Shown here: positions 10,924 to 22,700 of the stretch, in pieces | How the letters are laid out: the number at the start of each line of letters is the position of its first letter | Numbering within the stretch: position 1 is the first letter of the stretch | Assembly (NCBI GenBank): GCA_044892525.1 | Contig: CM097886.1 | Location: 34,410,001-34,474,000, forward strand | Length of the DNA stretch: 64,000 nucleotides | Direction: 5' to 3' | From: Schmidtea polychroa | Lineage: Eukaryota | The notes under the pieces: model-generated | Databases searched by the model: none | Told to the model about the DNA's origin: nothing | The model's input: the letters and a program-made list of their open reading frames with translations, nothing else | Position numbers and translations under genes: made by a program

Positions 10924-12312
10924 TTACTCCGTTCTACCCTTTCCTTCCCTTCGTACTGTCATTTTTATATGTATTGTGTCATTTTTCGTCATCTCTTCCA
11001 CCTTTTGCTGCAAGATGAACGTAGGTGCCCCTGATGCTGCTCCTTCTTCCTCCATAGGTCGCCGGTAACACAGCTGGGTTCCCGTTGTTTTAAAGCTTTG
11101 TTCGTGGACGCTTTGGTCGTTCATCATTGTGATATCGATTTTTGCCTGGAATGGCCATTCTATTACCTCGTCATATTCCCCTTTACATAATAGGAAAAAT
11201 ATCGAAAAATGCGTATTCAATCCGGTTCCATCTCCGTTGGGATATATCCTCATTTTCATCTTGTACCCATTTTTCCAAGAATGGAATGCAGGACTTGTTA
11301 TCCTTGTCTCTTCTCCGGTTTTTGCTTTTCGTATTCTTTCTTTTACTCCCGTTATTTTCCATATGTAGGGTGCTGTTGGTATTACTTCATTTAGATTTAT
11401 TTCCCGTATTTTCTGATGTAGTTCCTTGGCCTGATTATTACTGATTTCCATTCGGTTCATTTGCATCTTTATGTTTGCTCGGGCTTCTTCGAACGCTTCC
11501 CTTTCTTCTAGTAGTTCTTTGACTAACACTTTCAACGATGCTATCTCTATCTCCATTTGTTTTACTTTCTCCTCGCTTTCTTGTAACGCAGTCGACCACA
11601 TTTCTGCGTGGGTTGAAGCATTTTCTACTAAATGATGTGGTAACTCCCCTCGGTGTAGTAGTTTCTGACAACCCCATTTACCTAGTACACATGTCATTCT
11701 TTTCTTTTCACATTCCCTTAGATGCTGTGCCACCTTTATTATTTCCCCTTGGTTACATCCGTTTGGGCATTCCCCACTGAACTCTGCACATACTCTCTCC
11801 TCTTGGATATTGTGATGTTTGAGGGTGAGATTTTTCCACGTATCTATTTCTCCACAATGTTCACATCTTTCCAATCTCTCTTCACACTGCCTTTGATGCT
11901 CTTTTTCTTCGCTTGCTCGAATGGTTTTATGGCACCTTTCACACTGGCCAATTCTGTACATACATTCTCCCATATGTTGCACTACTTTCCATATTATTCC
12001 TTTCCATTCGCATGGGGTATTTTTACATCCCAGATTGGTGTTTAACATGTCTTTCACTGCGGCTTTATCCTCGTTAGTGTCTTCTAAACTCGATATTAGT
12101 GTCTCTTTACACACCGGGCACCACTGTGGTCTATTCTTTATTGCTTCACTGATACATTCTTTACATACTCTGCATCCACATTGGGTTTGGTGAGGTTCCT
12201 TTAACAACTTTTCACAGATTCCGCACATAACATGTTTGTGTGTTCGGATCGTTGTAGATTTTCTGACTTGTTCGACAATCTCTCTGAACTCTTCTCTTTG
12301 TCGTTTATCCAT
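10924..12312 (-). CDS. TRAF-like protein (RING - TRAF zinc fingers - coiled coil - MATH), intronless, element-borne
   Basis: RING CGICEKLLKEPHQTQCGCRVCKEC..CPVC; C/H zinc fingers; MATH motifs YIWKI, SPAF, GYKMKMRIYPNGDG, HFSIFFLLCKGEYDEVIEWPF. Confidence 0.93.
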   Translation of the reverse strand: MDKRQREEFREIVEQVRKSTTIRTHKHVMCGICEKLLKEPHQTQCGCRVCKECISEAIKNRPQWCPVCKETLISSLEDTNEDKAAVKDMLNTNLGCKNTPCEWKGIIWKVVQHMGECMYRIGQCERCHKTIRASEEKEHQRQCEERLERCEHCGEIDTWKNLTLKHHNIQEERVCAEFSGECPNGCNQGEIIKVAQHLRECEKKRMTCVLGKWGCQKLLHRGELPHHLVENASTHAEMWSTALQESEEKVKQMEIEIASLKVLVKELLEEREAFEEARANIKMQMNRMEISNNQAKELHQKIREINLNEVIPTAPYIWKITGVKERIRKAKTGEETRITSPAFHSWKNGYKMKMRIYPNGDGTGLNTHFSIFFLLCKGEYDEVIEWPFQAKIDITMMNDQSVHEQSFKTTGTQLCYRRPMEEEGAASGAPTFILQQKVEEMTKNDTIHIKMTVRREGKGRTE

Positions 12313-12397
12313 TCTATAATTATATATACATATAGTTCTTATCGATACAGGTTCGATATTTTATTTACAATTATTTACATTTTAAGCTAGGTTTGGT

Positions 12398-12781
12398 TTA
12401 GGGTTCGGAAGAGTCGGCTTCGTGTCCGCTCTCCTCTCTATTCATTAGCCATTCCGACCAGTCTTCTATTTCCGTCTGTTCTGCTTCCTCCATCATTCTG
12501 TCTAGCTCGATTTCCTGTCTACGGCTATATTGGGTTATCCTCTCTATCTCTCTTTGCATTTGTTCGATTTTCAACCTCTGGTCTTCAATTATCTTCAAAT
12601 AACTAAATCCTCTATTCATACTCTCGATTAGGTTTCTGTGCATCGTCAATCCTTGTTCTTGCAAATTGGACACTAATTGTGCTAATACGGCACATTGTTG
12701 CTTCCATAATTCTTCAGTTACTGTATTGTGGTTCATTTCGTTATTTCCTTGATCCATTCTTAATTTATATACACTTTTCAA
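12398..12781 (-). CDS. Element accessory ORF, about 120-aa coiled-coil/acidic protein (likely ATG at 12757)
   Basis: Open frame MDQGNNEM..EQMQREIERITQ..; ORF-track start is a TTG. Confidence 0.6.
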   Translation of the reverse strand: MKSVYKLRMDQGNNEMNHNTVTEELWKQQCAVLAQLVSNLQEQGLTMHRNLIESMNRGFSYLKIIEDQRLKIEQMQREIERITQYSRRQEIELDRMMEEAEQTEIEDWSEWLMNREESGHEADSSEP

Positions 12782-12917
12782 CTCTTATTTAAATTTAATT
12801 TTATTTTATGATTCCCGTTATTGTATAATATTGATACCGCGCTTATATAAAGATATAGTACTGTTATATACATAAGATATACTTACTTTTTACAATTATA
12901 TACAGTCATATTCCTTT

Positions 12918-13712
12918 CTATATACGTGAGTTTGGAGGGCGCTGAGCGTTCCAGGCCTCCACCCACTGTTCTTGTTTGATATCACTTGGTCGTTTCACTC
13001 GATGTTGGAAATTTCTGATTCGGGTCATCTCTAGTTCTCCGCGATGTCGTTTATCTTTAATTATTTTTATTGTTCCCCCCGTTATGATTAGGAAGGCCCC
13101 TGTTATTATTATCCCACTGATCCACATCATCTGCTTCACGCTTATACTCTCTGGTTTTTCCTTGTTTGTTAATGTTACTATTGCTTCTGTACTTTTCTCG
13201 TTCCCTCTTTTGCCATTCCCTTTCATCATCTCTCGTATTCTTGCTATTTCCTCGTTCATACCCTCCTTTGCCATCTTTTGTATTTTTTCCATCTCTTCCT
13301 CCGAAACATAGTTGTCCTGAGCTTCCTCGCCGGTTTTCTTGTGCTTTCCTCCTTCGTCCTTTTCGTCGTGGTTTTTCCTTTTCTTTCCTCTTTTCCCCGG
13401 GTATCGTCGGCATTCTCTTTTTGATTCGTTCCTCCAGATACAAACCGTGTATTCTTTCGGCGGCTGCTGCTGCGTCACATATTGATGGCATCTCTCACCT
13501 GGTCCTAATCTTGAAATACAGACTTTGTGCTCTTTTCTAGGTTGGAGCTGCGTTATTATTACTTCACCACCTTTTCCTAGGTGTACCTCTTTTCCTTTAA
13601 CGTTCGTTATTCTCTTCCCGTCTCGATTTCGGTATGCTTCTTGTATTCTTACTTCTGTTATTGGTTCTGTGTCCTCATTTATCAGTACTAGTTTCTGATA
13701 CGCTCTAGACAT
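12918..13712 (-). CDS. Element accessory ORF, 264 aa, basic/charged with C-terminal TM segment
   Basis: ATG overlaps the polyprotein stop (ATGTCTAG). TM-like MMWISGIIITGAFLIITGGTIKII. Confidence 0.7.
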   Translation of the reverse strand: MSRAYQKLVLINEDTEPITEVRIQEAYRNRDGKRITNVKGKEVHLGKGGEVIITQLQPRKEHKVCISRLGPGERCHQYVTQQQPPKEYTVCIWRNESKRECRRYPGKRGKKRKNHDEKDEGGKHKKTGEEAQDNYVSEEEMEKIQKMAKEGMNEEIARIREMMKGNGKRGNEKSTEAIVTLTNKEKPESISVKQMMWISGIIITGAFLIITGGTIKIIKDKRHRGELEMTRIRNFQHRVKRPSDIKQEQWVEAWNAQRPPNSRI

Positions 13713-16700
13713 GCATCTTCCTAGTATGCACCTTTCCTTTAAGTCCCATTCTTCCTTTAAATCCCAACTGCTCTTGTGCTTGCTTTTTCTTTTCTTGTTT
13801 TAGTTCATCCTCTTTGCCATCTTGATTCTCCGCTTCTTTGGTTTCTTTTATCGTTCTCGTCCCTCCATGAGCTGTTACTAACTCTATCATGGTAAGCATA
13901 ATTATCATTAATATCATATTTGTCTCTATTTCTTTGTTAGTGAAAGGTAGGCATACCCTCTGTTTTCCATTATTCGGTTTTTCCTCCTCTTTGGTCTTGG
14001 TTCCCGGGCTGTTTCCCTCTCTTTTCGTATCCAACTCCTTGTTTTCCGGTTTATCCTCTTCCGGTTCTCTTTTCCCTTTATCCTCTTTTCGGCCTTTTCC
14101 GTCATTGTCATCGTGTTTATCTCCCCCGCTGTCGTTTAAAATGTCGTCCTCGACATTTATATCGTCCAATAATCTGCGATATGCTGTTAGCACTCTGTTT
14201 TTTGCTAATTTTGCTTCGAATTCAAATTCTTTTCTACCCGTTGCAGCATGTCTCTTTCTATTCCATTCTTTAACTAACTCTCTCAATTGAATACGACGAT
14301 GTTTCCCAATTCGTTGTTGCTCGCTCTTATTTTGCGTGAATTTGAGGTCTTCTCTGTTTAGTACTATTAAAATAATTTTTGGTGTCCCCCCTTTAGTTAA
14401 TGTATTCTTTACCATCGCGTTTTCTCCGTTTTCGTAGAATTCGTTTATATTTATCGCATATTTATTACTTTGTGGTATTCTCCATGTTACTAATAATTTC
14501 ATTGCTTCTAGATTTTTCCGTACCGTATTCCATTGGAATTGAGATGTGTTTTTGCACATATTTTCAATTTCTTCCTTTGTCGCATTTTTGCAAATAAATC
14601 TGATCATTTCCAAGTTTGGCTGTATGGTTGCCCAGTCCAATGTGGAGTTCCCTTCGTTTGATTTTTCGTCTAGTCTCGATCCTGATTGATGTAGGATGTG
14701 GAGTGTTTTTGGGTGTATTTTCGTTATAGCTGCATACATCATGGCGGTTTCGCCTTGTTCATTTTTCGTGTTGGTTTCCTCGCCCATCTCCCTAAGGATT
14801 CTCATGATCGTTATTGCTCTATTCTCTTTTGCAGATAGTATTGCTTGTTGTAGAGGTGTTCTGGAATCCTTTGTCGTCATCGCAAATGCTCGAGGCAAGA
14901 AGGTTTTGATTTTCTCGATATCTAAACCCGTGGTTTGATCTCTTGCGTATGTGTGTACGGCTTTTATTATTTTTGACAATATTATTTCGTCGGACAGCTC
15001 TAGCATTTCCTCGAAGAATACTTCTTTTGCTTTGCATATTATTGCCTCTTGATCTATACTCATTGATTTGGTTTCGATGACGTTGTTTGTGACCGTCGAC
15101 TTTGGTTCCCTTGATTTCCCATACCTTATTTTCGTTTTCTTTCCGTTTGGATTATTGATTCGTTCCTCTGCTGTAAGTATTTGGATAATATCCAGGTAAT
15201 TCTCGTGGAGGTTATTCATTGTGTCCATCATATATAACACACTTACCGTTTCCCAATATTTATTTCGTACTTGGTTAGTAAATTGGAATATTGATTTTTC
15301 GAATGTGTCGATTCGCTTTTTTGCTAACTGTTCATCTTTATGATTTGTGAATTTTATCCCTCGTTCTAGTAATTGATTCGGAATTTCGAATAAATGATGT
15401 CCTTTCATAGCTTCTCTCATCAGCGTGTTCTCTCCTCTCGTGAACGCTTCGTTTACGTTGATCATATAATCATTTTTAATTGGATTTCTCCATGTAATTA
15501 ATATTCCGGTAATTGTTGTCAGTTTTTCTTTGGTCGCTGTTAGTAATCCACCATACATGTTTCCGACTTCTTGATTGTCCTCATATGATAGTAACTCCAT
15601 CAACGATGTGAACGCTTCGGTACTTTTCCCTTCGATAGCATGATGTAGTGCGTTTTTCCGCTCGCGATCTTGTGTAGTTATTTTTGATCCAGTATCAAGT
15701 AATGCGGTTATGATGTCTTTTGTTTTGCCTCTGTTTGCTGCTATCATTAATGGTGTGTAACCTTGGGTATTTTCTTGTTCTGTTGATCGCTTGCAGTCGT
15801 GAAATGCTTCTATTGTTTCTAGTATTTGCTCGTTGTTACCTACTTTCATGAGTTTGTGTAATGGTGTGTCTCCGTAATGATCTGTTATTGTAAATAATAT
15901 TGGCCATTGGCTTTTGACTACTCGCAATAATGGGTGTGTTCTCTCTCTGTTTGCATAATTTTCGATCATCGTCAATAATCCTCCTAATATTTCGAAATCT
16001 AATCGATCTTTTGCCCATCCGGGTAATTTTATCTTTACCTCTCGTACGATTTTTTCGGCTTCCGATGGTTGTATGCCCAATCGTCCAGTGATCGGTTCTG
16101 CGAGTTGTTGCATCATGTTCATTCTGTAGGTTTGCGAACGTGTGGTTAATGTACGGCCTTCTGGATGACTGGTGGCTGTTTTCGGAATTGGTTTGCATCG
16201 TGCCACGTTTACGTATATTGGCCTGGTGAATGGATTATTTATCAATTTCACTCTAACGTTGGTTTCGCCTACAAATAGGATCTCATATGGCCCTTTTCCG
16301 TTCCGTTGTAATTTTCTTGTGGTTCCGGGAATTAATTCTGGGGTCTCGATCATCACCCAATCACCTGTTTGAAACGTATGTTGCTTCACGTTTTTCTTTC
16401 GATCGTGTAAATCTTTATAACTTTCCTGGTAGAACTTGATATTTAATCCCGCAGTTTCCCAAATTTCTTGCATTCTTTCCTTGAATTTCGTAACATAATC
16501 GTCGATCTCCATATACTGCGATATCGGTGGTTGGTATTCCAGGTCCATTGGCATGTTACATTCTCTTCCGTACATTAATTTGAATGGGCTCATTTTCGTT
16601 GATGCGTGAATCGACATTCTGTATGCCATAAGACATAGGTTTATATATTCGTCCCAATCTCGTTGGTGACGGTCGACGTAGTTTGATAACATTTGTATAA

Positions 16701-19700
16701 GTGTTCCATTAAATCTTTCCGTCATCCCATTGGTTTGAGGATGATACGGTGATGTTCTCAATTTTGCGATTTTGAAGTAATTTGTTACTTCGCTCATTAT
16801 CTCACTCATAAAATTAGTTCCCTGATCGGTTAAGATTTGTTTTGGTGTTCCATATCGGCAACATATTTCTTCTACCAAAATTTTTGCGATTGTTTTAGCT
16901 TTTTGGTCTGGCATCGCGAATGCTTCTGGAAATTTCGTGAGAAAGTCTGTAATCACTAAAATATAAACGTTTCCTCTATCCGATTCCGGTAATGGACCAA
17001 CTACGTCCATTGATATCATTGTCATTGGTTCTATTGGTACTGGCATTGGCGTTAAAGGTGCTTTCCATTTCGATCCAGTATTCTTCCTGGTCGCACAAGT
17101 TAGACAATTTTTTACCCATTCGGTTACATCTTCAGTTAACGTAGGCCAAAAATATTTCTGTTTCATTCTTGCTAACGTCTTTTTCGATGACATATGTCCT
17201 CCCAATCTCCCATCGTGATATTGCGTTAGTAACTCTTTTCGTCGGTTTTCCGGTATACACATTAATCGTTTTTCCCCATCCATTATCAGCAACCAATCTT
17301 TCTCTATAATATATCGGTGTCGGTGTTTATCCATATGTTCTTTTAATTTTTGGTCTTTCGCATATACATCCGTCTTTCCGGTTTTTACATAATCGATAAT
17401 TTGTTTTAATTCCGCGTCCTCTTGTTGGTCCTTTCGCAATTGACAGAAATCCAAATCTTCCGCTACTATTAAGCATATGCGTTGCATTTCTGAATCCACC
17501 AAATCTGGAAAAATAAATCTTGACATACAATCGGCGTTGGCATTTGCTCTTCCTGCTTTGAATTTTATAAATGGGGAGTATTCTTGCAATTGCATGGCCC
17601 ATCTCATCAGTCTACTGGACGCTTCTTTATGTTGCCCTAACCACACTAATGGTTGATGATCTGTGGTTATACATATCTCATGTCCCCATAACAAATATCG
17701 AAAATGTTTGATTGCCTGTATTATAGCCAATGCTTCTCGTTCTGTTACTGAATAGTTCTTCTCGTGCTTTTTGAATGTTCGACTGTAGTATCCAATTACT
17801 CTTTCTTTACCTTCGTCGTCTAATTGTCCCAGAATCGCGCCTGCCGCGTACCCGCTTGCATCCGTTGCCAATAGAAATGGCTTCTTGAAATCTGGGTGTA
17901 CCAGTATTGGTGCTTCGATTAGTTTGTCTCTCAGCGTTTCGAACGCCTGTTGTTGTTCTTTTTCCCAAATGAACGAAATGTCTTTCTTTACTAATTCCTG
18001 GATTGGTTTTGCAATTCCTGCATAATTTTTGATAAATTTGCGATAGTATCCGCATAATCCTAGAAATTCCTGAACTTGGGTGACAGTTTTCGGTGCTGGA
18101 CATGTTTTTATTTTCTCAATGTTTCTTGGATCTGGCTCCTTTCCTTTAGCTGACACTATGTGTCCCAGAAACGTGACTTTTTCCTTTGCCCAATCGCATT
18201 TTGAGGGTTTGAGCTTGAGTTTCCATTGTCTTAATCGAATAAATACATTTCGGATATCTTCCAGATGTTGTTCAAATGTCGCTGAATAGATTAGTAAATC
18301 ATCAATATATACCATACATTGTTTGATTCCGTGAGTGACAAAGTTCATACACCTTTGAAATGATGCTGGTGCGTTAGTCAGTCCGAATGGCATTTTCCTG
18401 AACTGATATAGATCTCGTCCCAACGTGAAGGCGGTCTTCTCTTTGTCCTCATCCTTGACTTTAATCTGCCAGTATCCACTTTTTAGGTCTAAAGAAGTAA
18501 AATATGCTGTCCCTTGCAACATGAGTAACATTTCATTAATGTCTGGCAATGGATAGGTATCTCTCTTGGTTACTGCGTTTAATTTTCGATAATCGATACA
18601 GAATCGTTGGGTGCCATCTTTCTTTTTCACCATGACCACTGGGAATTGCCAAGGTGAGCAACTCGGTTCGATTACTTTTGCGTCTAGCATCTTTTGTACT
18701 TCTGCTTCGGCTATTTCTTTTTGCATTTCTGCTAGCTTGTATGGTCTTAATGCAATTGGAGTTTCATCTATGAGGGGTATTGCATGTAGGGTAACATCGC
18801 ATGTACCCAAATCTAAATCTGAGATGGCGAATATATCTTTATATTCTACCAACAATCGGTGCAATTTTTTCTTTTCATCATTCGTCAACAACATACTATC
18901 TATTGTCCATAATTCATCATCTTTGATCATCTCGTTGGTCACTTTCGGTAATTCTATGTCCATCAATGGGGTCAATCTTCCCAATTTTTCGTTCTCGTAA
19001 ATGATTTTGTCTTCCTCTTCGAAATTCGTGATGTTGAGCGGTATCACTCCTTCTTGGTTTATTGTGATTATTTCTCTTGCGAGGGGTAATTCTCGTCGCT
19101 TTTCGAATGATTTGCTTGGTTCAAAGATAACTTCTCCTTCCATACCCGTATCCACCTTTATCTGACAAATCATCTGTGATTTTGCTGGTACCACAATTTT
19201 CTCTGGACATCTAATTATGGCATTCATTTTGCATATTCTGCCTGTTTTGTCTTTTAAACACATGGTTGTTAAATCGATCACCACTTCTTTTAATAATTCC
19301 GGCATCAGGTCCGTTCCGATTATGCATGGTACGCTAAGTTTTGGTATTACTGCCAAATACGTTTCAATTTCGTTGTCCTGGTATCTCAATGTAGTCCACC
19401 ATCTTCCGACCACGTCTACTGTTTCTTTACTACATGCTATGATGTGAATTGTTGTTGATTCGATATCTTTCCAGTGCTTACTGGGGATTTGATTAATCGC
19501 TATCACTGATACATTAGCTCCTGTGTCTATCATAGCATTGGTTTCTTTACCATTGATTTGAATCATGACTGTTACTGCTGGACCTCCAGGTAAACTCATC
19601 GCTGCTATTGTTCTTACGTCATCTGCTTGATCTACACTTTTGGTACGTCGTGTTGGCATATAATGCATACCGGGTTGACTCGGTAATTGCGGATACATGT

Positions 19701-22700
19701 TTTGTGTCATGGTCAAAGCTGCTTGCGGTCCCACGATATCGGGCGATATATAGCTTCCATTGGCGATCCAGGTATTTGTCTTTTCCTTTTCCCAATATGG
19801 TGCCGTTTCCACTGGTTTTTCGTTTGGGTTTCTGTTTGGATATAGACATTTATCGTTCCCGTTATCATCGTCGTCACTATCGCTGTTAGATGATTGGCTT
19901 CTAAATCGGTCCAAGAATTTTGGCTTATTCTTTTTCAATTGTCGTCTTGTTGCTTCGTCGTACATTACTTTCCGGAATCGTCTGCCTACTTCCTCGTCGG
20001 TTCCTTTAATCTTTGTTAGTATTTTGATCAATCGCTTTATCCGATGGATGTCTTTTGAGTGACCATGTAATACCATGGTTTTTGCTAAAAATGGTAAAAA
20101 GCCTACTATCATTTTCCAGTTGACTTTCTTTTCCCGCTTGTATATATCAAAACAAGCTAACATTTGTGTTAGTATTACTCTGACTATCTGAATTATGAGT
20201 ATGATCCCTAATATCCCGGCCATCATTTGTCCAAAAACTAAGAATCTTCCCCACATTGCTTTCATCATGTTTGACGTAGCTTGTTGAAAATGGTCTGGCG
20301 ATAATAGCAGTTCGTAATTCGGGCCTGATTGATAATTTGTTCCCCCAGTTATTGTAACCATATTTGACAAAATGGATTCTCGTCTGGCTGGGAAGAGTAC
20401 GTTAAGTCGTGCTGTTTCTAGATCTTCTGGGGAATACATTCCACCGTTTGACACGTCTATAGGTTTGAAATCCAGCTCTGTGGCGAGTTCTATTAATCCA
20501 AATTTCTTGGGCTCCTCGGATATGGTTTTTCCCGGTAACATCATCCATTTCCCATCGGGTCTTTCATACAAAGGTCCGTATGCATTAGAACAGTTAAAGA
20601 GATTTGGGTAGAAACCCACTGGATTCATAATTCTCGTGACTGGTTGGACGAATCGATTTTGTCCTTTATAACGGATTTCTAATTCATTTGCACATCTCTT
20701 TTCGGGTAGTATGGATTTTTCTGGCATTCGTGCATACGTCTTGGTACACTGGTATGTGTACATTACTTCTCCTACCATTCTACCAAAATGTCCGTCTGGT
20801 AGTGGGAGTGATGGCATCGTGTTATCTGGGTGCGTTATCGCAATAGCTAGCTTTGTTTTCAGTATTTCTTTATTCAATGAACAATCGTTTTGTATCAGAT
20901 CGTAATATACTTTTTGTAAGGTCGTTTGCCCGCGATGAAATAGAAAATCCATTTTATTATTTGCATATAAGTATAGTTTTACGTCCTCCGTTGCTATCTT
21001 TCCCACTGCTCTATCGATTATTTGTCTCGACATATAGATACCTGCGTAATTGGTTTTATATACTATACTGTCACATTTGGTGGTTTCTTTCTCTTTGATA
21101 AATCTCATACCTAGATCTGGATCGTCTGTGATTAATGCTGTTGGTGTCTTCTGCGTTGAAAGTCTCTTTTCTCTGGGAGATGGTGGCATTGGTTTTCCAT
21201 TTCGCATTCTCACTCTGTCGTTTCCATCCTCGTCGTTCTCGTTCTCATAAATTTCTCCTTTTACTTCATTGAACAAAGCACTTTTTAACAGTTGGAGTCG
21301 GCATTTTTGGGTATTAGCTTCATAGATTATAGTTGATACTCCTGTCCTGCATACGTTTTCTGTAGCTCTACATGCTGGGTTGGTCTTCATTTGATAATTA
21401 TTTGCGTCAAATTGCGCTTCGTATTCTTTTAATTCAACCGTATAAGACTCGATCACTACTACTCCCGATATTACCTCGCCTCGGATCGTATACGTACCTC
21501 CGTTACATGACCCATCTGATGATTTTACTTTTCCGGATACGTAAACACTTTCGGTTTTAATCATTCCAGTTTGTCCGTGAATCGTCACTCCGTTATGCAT
21601 TTTTAACGCTCCGGTTCTAAATAGCTCTTTACAGTCCTCTCGTTGTATTGATACGATTTCTTTATCCAGACCGGGTAGTATAAGAGTCGAATACGAATAT
21701 TGTCCACAGTAATATGCGAGTACCTTTTTTGATACTACGCATTCCCTTGCTTGCGTTCTGATGAAATCTGATTCTTGATATACATGGTAGGTAACTTTTG
21801 TTCTTACTATGTCTAATTTGTTGGGTGATGCTTGTCTGCATTCTTCTATGTCTCTCAATGAGTATTTATCCCTCATTATCATATTATCACAATCGTAGAT
21901 GGTAAAACCTGTTGCTCCACTTGTGCACAACATCCATATCATCATAGTCATCATTAACGAATTTATCGATGCTTTTCGGCTTGCTGGGTCTTTCATGGGT
22001 AGTTCCCATTCTAGTTCATTCAGCAACTTCTTCAATCTAACTTGCATCGACCTTTCTTGCTCATTTTTTCGTGGTGCTTGTATAAGTCTTTTCCATCCTC
22101 CGGCACGAATAATGTGTGGTTCAATAGTGTTTTCTATGACTGAAACTGTCATTTCCACGTGATTTGCAAACTGTTTATTTGGTATTTTCCTCGCAGCTAG
22201 TCCCATCAAATTATACATCAAATACGTGATTACCACTAGATGATGTTCGTCATCATTTGCATTTGTCGTGAGCTGTTCAATCACTCTCTTCGTTTCATCC
22301 CAATCCGTTTTGGTGGTTTTCGTTTTCTCTTTGATTAACTTTGGGATTGTCCCCGAAACGATGTGCCATAATTGTCTAGCTTCCGTACTGGCTACTTTCC
22401 GTTGCCACAAACGTCTAAGTTGTGGGTTTGTTATTATTAACATATCTTTGATCAATTCTCGTATCCATTTTTCTCCTCTTTCGATCGTTGGTTGGGCTTC
22501 CTTTAGATCCCATACTATTTTATCCAATTTTTCTAATCGAACTTGCCCTTGTTCTTGCTTTAATTGTTCCTTGGTTTTGAACTCAGACTTTTCTCCTTGT
22601 TTCTTAGGTCTTCCTTTTGCCCGTTTTTCCATCATCGTTCCGGCTTCTCTGGTATTTTCGTAATTCGGATTTCTTTCGTTATCCGTTCTGGGTAATGAGC

